Below, in pieces: positions 57,057-64,000 of a DNA stretch of 64,000 bases. The notes below the pieces were generated by a model that saw nothing but the letters and a program-made list of their open reading frames with translations, did not search any database and was not told the origin of the DNA. The stretch's first letter is position 1. The number at the start of each line of letters is the position of its first letter. The translations under genes and the position numbers were made by a program. Origin of the DNA: Candidatus Latescibacterota bacterium (lineage in GTDB: Bacteria; Latescibacterota; UBA2968; GCA-2709665); the NCBI GenBank assembly GCA_965205485.1, contig OZ242180.1:1408001-1472000 (forward strand), given 5' to 3'.

Positions 57057-60000
57057 CTACTTCGCAATAACAAACACAACGTCTTTCGCCACCGTTTCAC
57101 CGCTGTTCCGGTCTTCGATCGCCACCTTCAGCGAGTATCGGCCCGGGACCTGTTCGGCGAGGTCCAATTCGACATATTCCACTTCCTGCGCTGCCGCCCC
57201 CTGTTGTTCGTAGGTGACGGCCAGTTCTTCGCGTATTCCGGTTCGCCAGCGGAACAGTCGGGAGATGTTGCTGGCGGCGCCCGGTGTGTCTCTGGATGTG
57301 ATCGTATGGGATACATTATAGCTTGTCTGCCCAAACGCGTCTTTTGCCAGGTTGTAGATTTCGTAATAGACGAAGACGCCCTGGCCCTTCCTGAATGTTC
57401 GCGACGGCAGCGGAACGACGTTCAGATCTCCCTTGTTGAACGGGCTGCCCGCTTTTTCCGATGCTACCTTCCAGGCCAGTTCCAGGTCGCTCATCTGCAG
57501 TCGTTCTTCTCCATACGGCTCCACGACGACCTGCTGTCGATAGGCGCCCATTCGCCCTCTGAGCCGGTCCTGCGCCTTCACCTCCAGCCGGTAAGCGCCG
57601 GGCGGCAGGTTCAGCTTCAGGACGCCGGGGACCTGGATGCCCTCTCCGGCCTGGTTTCCTTTCGCCTCGTACGTCAGCCCGTCCGATTGCCGGTACACGG
57701 TGTCCAGCGTGGATGAAATAAGCGCCGCATGGTGCGTGAGCACCTGGCGCGTGACGTTTTCCTCCGAATCGTAGTGAGCTGGGAGAATGGGAACCCCGTA
57801 GTAGATTTCGAGCAGGCTCCGGTCATCCTCGCCCCTGAAATCCGCCAGCGAGTAATGGAAATCCAGAGGCGTCGTCTCCTCTTCCGGCGCATAGTAATCG
57901 GGTTCCACACGTGCCGCTCGCTTGTAGATCTCTCTCGGGGAGTGATTTCTCAACTTTGCGGTCTGGCCGAGGTCGATGTCCCCGCGATTCGGCGGCATAG
58001 GGGCGTATTCGTAGGTCCCGGAGCCGAATTCGTCCGTGAAGGTGATTTCAATCCCGCCGCCCACGCCGGTGTAGATCCACGTCTCCCAGGGGATCGTTCC
58101 CCTGTCTTCGCCGGAGGTGACCGGGTGGTAATCTCCGAAGCCCAGGCGCTTGTCCATATCCATGAGACCCAGCCTCACGGTATCCATGACGTCCTCCACC
58201 GGTGCGGGTCCCCCAGACCCCCCACCTCCACCGGAGAACTCATCCCCGCCCGCGGATCCCCCGCTTTCGCCCGGCGCTCCGGCACTACCCGTACGCAGAC
58301 CCGGTGTCTCCGCTTCTCGAAACTCGTACCATTCGCCCTCCAGTCGTCGCATGCCGCGAACCGGAAAGACCGGACCCAAAAACGTCTCTCCCATTCCATC
58401 GCCGCCGTAGATATTCGCGGCGAGGCGTTCCTTGACCCGCTGCACGGCCAGGCTTTGTTTGTAGTTGGGCTGATCCGATCTGGAGCGGTGGTCCGGTTCT
58501 CCGAATCGAATATAGACCTCGCCCCTCACGTCCCACGGTTCTTTGTTTTCCGAGAATTCAGTCAGCGCCTGCCATACACGGCGGTAGTGTTCAAGAAGGC
58601 GCTCATTTACCGGCGTGGACAGATCCGTGTCCCGGTCGTTCCAGAACCGTCTCAGGAAAGCGGGGCGTTCAGCCTCGGGAGTATTGTTGAATTCTGTCAT
58701 TTCTTCGAACGACGAAACCAGGCGGATATCCTCATACAATACCCGCTCGTGGGACGGGAGTTTTGCCACGTAGTCCTCGAAAAACTCCATCGCCATGTCC
58801 GGCTTTCCCTGCTTCATGGACGCCTGCGCGACGATCGGCATCAGTTCAATTGCATCGGGGTTCTCCTCGACGAACCCGAGCAGTTTCGCCATGATCTTCT
58901 CGTAGTCTTCGATCATCAGGTAGGCGATGCCCAGCCGGCTGCGCAGACTGGTATCGTCGGGTCTCAGCGCCATATATCGGGTGTACCAGACAATGGCCTG
59001 TTCGTAGTCCTTCCAGAAATCGGCGTACCAGTCGCCCATCAGGCGAAAGGCGTCCGCATAGTTCGGGTCGAGATCCAGCACCCGGTCGACCGCGCGGCCC
59101 ACGTCGTACTCATTCATCAGATATCGCATTCTGGCAATCTGATACCTGGCGTCCACGTACCCGTGGTCACGGGCAAGGGCCTCCTGGAAATAGTGGATGG
59201 CCAGGTTGCGTTCGTTCGGAAGCTCCCCGTACACCAGACCCACACCGTAATAGGCCCTGGCGCCACCCTGCAGAGAGATTGCCTTCTTGAAAGCCCACAT
59301 CGCACGCTTGTAGTCTTCCGCTTTGTAGTAAGCGTGGCCGAGTTCGATATGGAGAGGCGCGTCCCTCGGGCGCTGGACGGCAACGAGCCGGAACAGGGCG
59401 GCCGCCTCCCGCAGTCGCTCCTCTTTGGTGCGCTGAAGCACGACGGCGAAGAGCGAGTCGACCGTCTCAGAACGCATGTCCTCCGCCTCGAGCCTTCGTG
59501 CGTTCTGCCTTTCCGTCAGGTGGAGATACCGGTCGGGGTGCCGGAAACATGCCAGGATTGGCATGCCGGGAGCGGCGTCCGGCCTATACAGATATTCGAT
59601 CAACGGCTCCGAATCGGAAGTTGTCGGACAGCTGAAGACAATTTCGAGGACTTCCTTGTCTCGCCTGAGTTCCGGTTCGCTGGACGCCTGCACGTCTACA
59701 TTCTGTTTCACCCACCCATACAGAACGCTGTGTTCATTCGGAAGAGCGCCGTGCTTCTCGGCGTAGCGGTGCGCCAGGTCGTTCAATACGAGCATGTGTT
59801 CCAGGCAGGCATGTTCCCCTGCGGCGGCGCCGGTTCTCAGCTGTTGTTCGCGCAGTGTCGCCACATACGCGAGGCAGCTTGCTTTCGAGATCCGAAGGTC
59901 CTTGTGGTGTTTATGGAACCCCGCGAACATTCGCTCCACGGCCTTTCGCGCGTCCTTCTCCCGGTGGCGGTCCGCCCGGTGCACGGCCGAATTCATCCGG

Positions 60001-60845
60001 CTTAACCGGATCATTCCTCTTTGAAGCTCAGCCAGTGCCCGTTGTAACGAGACCTGGTCGCGAGCGTCCGGAGTGGGTTCGAATTCGGCGCGCGCGGTCT
60101 CCGCAGTGGCTCGAACGCCGGCGGCTTCGGAGTCGGTTTCCGTGCCCACCTCGCCGGTTTCCACGTGCACGAACTTAACTTCCTTCGACGTCGAATCACC
60201 CTCAGCGAAGTAGACTTTCGCACCGTCTCCGGACCAGCGCGGAGCGCCGGTTGTCGTGCCGATCCGAAGTTGCGTTGCCTGTCCCGCCCGGTCGACCCTC
60301 CACAGCCCCGGTTGACCCCAGTCCACCGAGGCGTCCCACTCGCCCCGAACCGCGAGAAAATCGCCGTCGGGCGAGAGGGCAAGGTCCAATGGATTGAGTT
60401 CGGGAGGGAGCGGCCAGCGGGACTCGTTCGATCCGTCGACCGCGAGTTCCCAGATCCGATTCTTCACGATCGGCAGGCTGCGGCCGCCCGAGAGATACGA
60501 TCCGAACGCGGGAAATCTGAGGCTGCGTTCGAGATAGACGAGCGCGCTGCCATCCGGCAGGAATCCGAGCGAGCCCGAAGCGCCCGGATAGGTCCTGATC
60601 CTCTCACGGCTTGCGCCGCTGTCTCGGGACAGCCATATCTCCGTCAGCAACGCCCTCCGCTCGCCTCGTTGGACGGCGTACGCCAGCATACGACCGTCAG
60701 GTGATGACACTCCAGGGCTGCTTTCGGCCCGCGAGAAAATCATGAAACATAAAAACGAAGCCCCGAGGAGAACCATTTTGATCACAATGCCGGAACCGGA
60801 CGACTTCCGGAAAGACTTTCGACTGACGGTTTTCGAATAAGCCAT
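57057..60845 (-). CDS. TPR + GWxTD-domain exported protein, class A copy 2
   Basis: Collinear with 28814-32551; SPDGRMLAY TolB-like start; PWDVRGEVYIRFGEPD. Confidence 0.85.
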   Translation of the reverse strand: MAYSKTVSRKSFRKSSGSGIVIKMVLLGASFLCFMIFSRAESSPGVSSPDGRMLAYAVQRGERRALLTEIWLSRDSGASRERIRTYPGASGSLGFLPDGSALVYLERSLRFPAFGSYLSGGRSLPIVKNRIWELAVDGSNESRWPLPPELNPLDLALSPDGDFLAVRGEWDASVDWGQPGLWRVDRAGQATQLRIGTTTGAPRWSGDGAKVYFAEGDSTSKEVKFVHVETGEVGTETDSEAAGVRATAETARAEFEPTPDARDQVSLQRALAELQRGMIRLSRMNSAVHRADRHREKDARKAVERMFAGFHKHHKDLRISKASCLAYVATLREQQLRTGAAAGEHACLEHMLVLNDLAHRYAEKHGALPNEHSVLYGWVKQNVDVQASSEPELRRDKEVLEIVFSCPTTSDSEPLIEYLYRPDAAPGMPILACFRHPDRYLHLTERQNARRLEAEDMRSETVDSLFAVVLQRTKEERLREAAALFRLVAVQRPRDAPLHIELGHAYYKAEDYKRAMWAFKKAISLQGGARAYYGVGLVYGELPNERNLAIHYFQEALARDHGYVDARYQIARMRYLMNEYDVGRAVDRVLDLDPNYADAFRLMGDWYADFWKDYEQAIVWYTRYMALRPDDTSLRSRLGIAYLMIEDYEKIMAKLLGFVEENPDAIELMPIVAQASMKQGKPDMAMEFFEDYVAKLPSHERVLYEDIRLVSSFEEMTEFNNTPEAERPAFLRRFWNDRDTDLSTPVNERLLEHYRRVWQALTEFSENKEPWDVRGEVYIRFGEPDHRSRSDQPNYKQSLAVQRVKERLAANIYGGDGMGETFLGPVFPVRGMRRLEGEWYEFREAETPGLRTGSAGAPGESGGSAGGDEFSGGGGGSGGPAPVEDVMDTVRLGLMDMDKRLGFGDYHPVTSGEDRGTIPWETWIYTGVGGGIEITFTDEFGSGTYEYAPMPPNRGDIDLGQTAKLRNHSPREIYKRAARVEPDYYAPEEETTPLDFHYSLADFRGEDDRSLLEIYYGVPILPAHYDSEENVTRQVLTHHAALISSTLDTVYRQSDGLTYEAKGNQAGEGIQVPGVLKLNLPPGAYRLEVKAQDRLRGRMGAYRQQVVVEPYGEERLQMSDLELAWKVASEKAGSPFNKGDLNVVPLPSRTFRKGQGVFVYYEIYNLAKDAFGQTSYNVSHTITSRDTPGAASNISRLFRWRTGIREELAVTYEQQGAAAQEVEYVELDLAEQVPGRYSLKVAIEDRNSGETVAKDVVFVIAK

Positions 60846-60957
60846 TTGTCCTTTCCCGGCTGCAGTTTCGAAAATAGTGAAGATTTAGTCCTCACCTCAT
60901 GGACACTGACCCTTGCAGTATCTGACTTAGTGTGACTACAAAACCATGTTGTCGTAC

Positions 60958-62007
60958 TTATCTTCGCACCATGAGCACGCGAATTCCGGTGCGTTCTCCC
61001 CATCCGTGGCCGCGCCTGCGTACCGCCGACCGCACTTCCTGGACGGTGTCCCCGAACGACCCTCCCTTAATCACGTGGAGCGTGCCCGGCCACCCCACGT
61101 TGACGACCGTCTCGGGTCCCGGGCCATCGGGTCCTTTGGGATCGATCCGGGATTCTTCCGAAAATTGGCCGTAAAAGTCCTGAACCCATTCCCATACATT
61201 TCCGTGCATGTCGTAAAGACCCCACGAATTCGGAAAGACGCCGCCTGTTTCCTGGGGCTCCGGACTTCCATAGACGACCCGCCCGTCATCCTGCACGGTT
61301 GCCGCTCGTGAGTTCTCGTAATAGCGGACGTAGTCAACGATTCCAGTCGGGTCGTTACCAAACGACCACGGCGAAGAGGTGCCGGCCCTGCAAGCGTATT
61401 CCCACTCCGCCTCGGTGGGCAATCGGAAGACCTCTTTCCCTTCTGCTTCGTTCAATTTGCGGAAAAATGTATCGACTTCCTGCCACGACAGTCTGTGCGC
61501 CGGAAAGTTCAGCTTCTTTGGATCCTGAGTATATACACCCAGGAGCCACGGCCGCGTACTCATCACGCTCTCCCATTGCGCCTGTGTAAGTTCGTACTTG
61601 GCCAGATAGAATCCCTGTGTAATGGTGACCTCGTGCCGGGGGCCCTCGTCATCGTCCCGACCGGTCTCAGAAACGGGAGACCCCATCAGGAAACGGCCTG
61701 GCTGTATCCAGACCATCTCCAGCTTCGCACCGCCGGGTAGTGTCACCGCAATATCCTCTTCCGGCATACCCTGACCAAACCGTTGCGCGAAGAGGATGAA
61801 ATCCGGAAAATCGACATTTCCGCTGCCGTCGAGATCGAAATTGGATTGATTCGATCCGAATGCCTGAGCGAACAGGATGAAGTCCCCGAAATCCACAATA
61901 CCATTGGCGTCGAAATCCGCATCACGGCCGGTCTGGGCGAACAAAAGCTGCTTCGACGCCAACAGCGCTCCGACGGCAAGCAACGCGATAATTGCATTTC
62001 GTCTCAT
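60958..62007 (-). CDS. Secreted EF-hand/dockerin-like + FGE-sulfatase (SUMF1, C-type-lectin fold) protein F1
   Basis: DFDANGIVDFGDF..FA..FG twice; FLMGS, RLPTEAEWEYACRAG, NSWGLYDMHGNVWEW and GGSF motifs. Confidence 0.9.
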   Translation of the reverse strand: MRRNAIIALLAVGALLASKQLLFAQTGRDADFDANGIVDFGDFILFAQAFGSNQSNFDLDGSGNVDFPDFILFAQRFGQGMPEEDIAVTLPGGAKLEMVWIQPGRFLMGSPVSETGRDDDEGPRHEVTITQGFYLAKYELTQAQWESVMSTRPWLLGVYTQDPKKLNFPAHRLSWQEVDTFFRKLNEAEGKEVFRLPTEAEWEYACRAGTSSPWSFGNDPTGIVDYVRYYENSRAATVQDDGRVVYGSPEPQETGGVFPNSWGLYDMHGNVWEWVQDFYGQFSEESRIDPKGPDGPGPETVVNVGWPGTLHVIKGGSFGDTVQEVRSAVRRRGHGWGERTGIRVLMVRR

Positions 62008-62120
62008 TTCACACAAATCTCCCGCTGGTCAGCGAACCACGACGTGTGCGCGATTCGGCATATGACGTCTCAATGACAGGTACCATTACCGACAAGGCGA
62101 TTCACGGCTCCTGATCGAAT

Positions 62121-63150
62121 CTACCTGTATTCCATCAACACGCGAAACCCGGTGAAGGCGTTTGGCACCCACCCGACCGAACGGGAAGCCGACCGTATCC
62201 ACTCGGGGCGGTCGAAACTGGATCCTCCTCGTTCGACGTGGCTGCCACTCGGAATGCGACTTCCGGTGGGACCGTCGGGCCCCATGGGATCGATCTGCGC
62301 CGGTTCTGAATACGGACCGTAGTAATCCTGCACCAACTCCCGCACATTCCCGTGCATATCGTACAGGCCCCAGCGGTTCGGAAATACACCGCCGGTTTTC
62401 TGAACCTCCGGGCTTCCGTAGGCTATGCTACCGTCACCCATGACGATCGTCCGTCGTGAGTTCTCATGATAACGCGCAAAGTCGCCGATTCGGGTCGAAT
62501 CCTCTCCGAACGACCAGCGGGTCGTCGTGCCAGCCCTACACGCATACTCCCACTCCGCTTCCGTGGGCAACCGGAAGATGTGTTGTCCTTCCGCTTCGTT
62601 CAGTTTACTGATGAATGTCTCAACGTCGCTGCCAGCGCATTCTGTTGGCCGGAAAGTTCCCCCGGTCCTGAGAAACCGATCCCGTAACCCAAGGACTGGT
62701 GTTCATGACGCTTTCCCACTGCGCCTGCGTGACTTCGCGCTCGCCCAGGTAGAATCCCTTTGTGATTGTTACCTGATGCTGAGGACCCTCGTCTCTATTC
62801 CGACCGGGCTCTGAAAGAGGCGAGCCCATCAGGAACCTGCCGGGTTGGATCCAGACCATCTCCAGCTTTGCGCCGCCGGGAAGGGTTACCGTTATATTCT
62901 TTTCGGGTGCGCCCTCCCCGAACTGCTTCGCAAACAGGATGAAATCTGTAAAATCCACGCTGCCGCTGCCGTTTAGATCGAAAGTAGATTGATCGGACCC
63001 GAACGCCTGCGCGAACAGGATGAAATCCCCGAAATCCACAATGCCGTTGGCGTCGAAATCGGCGTCACGGCCGGACTGGGCTATTGCAAACTGCCAGGCT
63101 GCCAGCATCGCGCCAATGGCAATCAAGCCAATAAATGCATTTCGTCTCAT
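62121..63150 (-). pseudogene. EF-hand/dockerin-like + FGE-sulfatase protein F2, +1 frameshift at about 62628
   Basis: Removing one base gives RWQDVETFISKLNEAEGQHIFRLPTEAEWE, matching the paralogs. Confidence 0.8.
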
Positions 63151-63270
63151 TTCACACAAACCTCCTCCTGGTCAACGAACCACGACGAGTGCGCGATTCA
63201 CGATTCGACGCCTGAGTTCTCAACGCGCGGGACCAATACCGACAAAGCGATTCACGGTTCCTGATCGAAC

Positions 63271-64000
63271 CTATCTGTATTCCATCAACACGCGAAAGCC
63301 GCTGCGATGGTTTGGCGCCCATCCGCGAGATCGCACGGCCGACCGTATCCCCGCAGGGCGGTCGAAATTGGTTCCTCCTCTTTCAATATGGCTACGTTCC
63401 GGAGCTTCACCACCAACCGGCATGTCGGGCCCCTTGGGATCGGTCTGGTGCTCTCCAGAATATGGTCCAGAGAAATCATGCACCAACTCCCGTACATTTC
63501 CATGCATATCGTACAGGCCCCAGGCGTTCGGAAATACACCCCCAGTCTCCTGCGCCTCCGGAGGTCCGTAGACGACGCGCCCGTCATCCTGAACTGTCGC
63601 AGTTCGTGAGTTTTCGTAGTAACGTGCGTAGTCACCGACCCGCGTCGAGTCGTCTCCGAACGACCAGGGCGTCGTGGTCCCGGCCCTGCAAGCGTATTCC
63701 CATTCCGCCTCTGTGGGCAATCGATATATTTCTCTTTCTTCCGCCTCGTTCGATCTGCGAATAAAAGTCTCAACATCTTTCCAGCCCACAGAAGTAGCCG
63801 GGTAGTTTACTTTTTTTGGATCTCCGGAAGCTCCGAACCTCGTCCACGGGCGCGTATTCATCACGCTCTCCCACTGCGCCTGCGTGACTTCGTACTTGCC
63901 CAGGTAGAATCCCTTTGTGATCGTAACTTCATGCTGGGGACCTTCGTCATCCCGCCGACCGGACTCTGAAGCGGGCGATCCCATCAGGAACCTGCCGGGT
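63271..64000 (-). CDS. FGE-sulfatase protein F3 (5' end outside window)
   Basis: Same motifs as F1/F2; frame open to the window edge. Confidence 0.88.
   Translation of the reverse strand, partial: PGRFLMGSPASESGRRDDEGPQHEVTITKGFYLGKYEVTQAQWESVMNTRPWTRFGASGDPKKVNYPATSVGWKDVETFIRRSNEAEEREIYRLPTEAEWEYACRAGTTTPWSFGDDSTRVGDYARYYENSRTATVQDDGRVVYGPPEAQETGGVFPNAWGLYDMHGNVRELVHDFSGPYSGEHQTDPKGPDMPVGGEAPERSHIERGGTNFDRPAGIRSAVRSRGWAPNHRSGFRVLMEYR

Noticed and set aside
28814..60845. Classical polymorphic toxin call for the GWxTD proteins
   Set aside because: C-termini are conserved rather than swapped, and I recognise no toxin domain; kept only as a layout analogy
60958..63400. Active diversity-generating retroelement
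   Set aside because: No reverse transcriptase or template repeat in the window; F2/F3 differences include many synonymous third-position changes rather than an adenine-only pattern
1..64000. tRNA, rRNA, riboswitch, integrase or transposase genes
   Set aside because: None recognised by eye; tRNAscan-SE and Infernal would be needed to exclude small RNAs

Overview
GC-rich bacterial window with two halves. 1-15.5 kb: a PspA/YbjN/DUF4178 operon converging on a lipoprotein/DUF350/SDR/membrane spermidine-synthase operon, then recJ, two Gfo/Idh/MocA oxidoreductases, an HpcH-type aldolase and TlpA. 15.8-64 kb: an almost entirely minus-strand island of exported proteins. It holds nine Kelch-repeat lipoproteins (six in tandem), seven TPR+GWxTD-domain proteins in four paralog classes (three directly followed by a Kelch gene), an orphan MacB/FtsX permease, a HAD hydrolase, a large unknown lipoprotein and three tandem FGE-sulfatase-fold genes (two with a visible EF-hand/dockerin-like N-terminus). 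A HigBA-like toxin-antitoxin pair carries an in-frame MITE. Many REP/MITE families occur but no transposase, and several genes are frameshifted or internally deleted. The best candidate for an undescribed system is the diversified GWxTD-Kelch lipoprotein module. All family assignments are by-eye motif recognition, not database searches.
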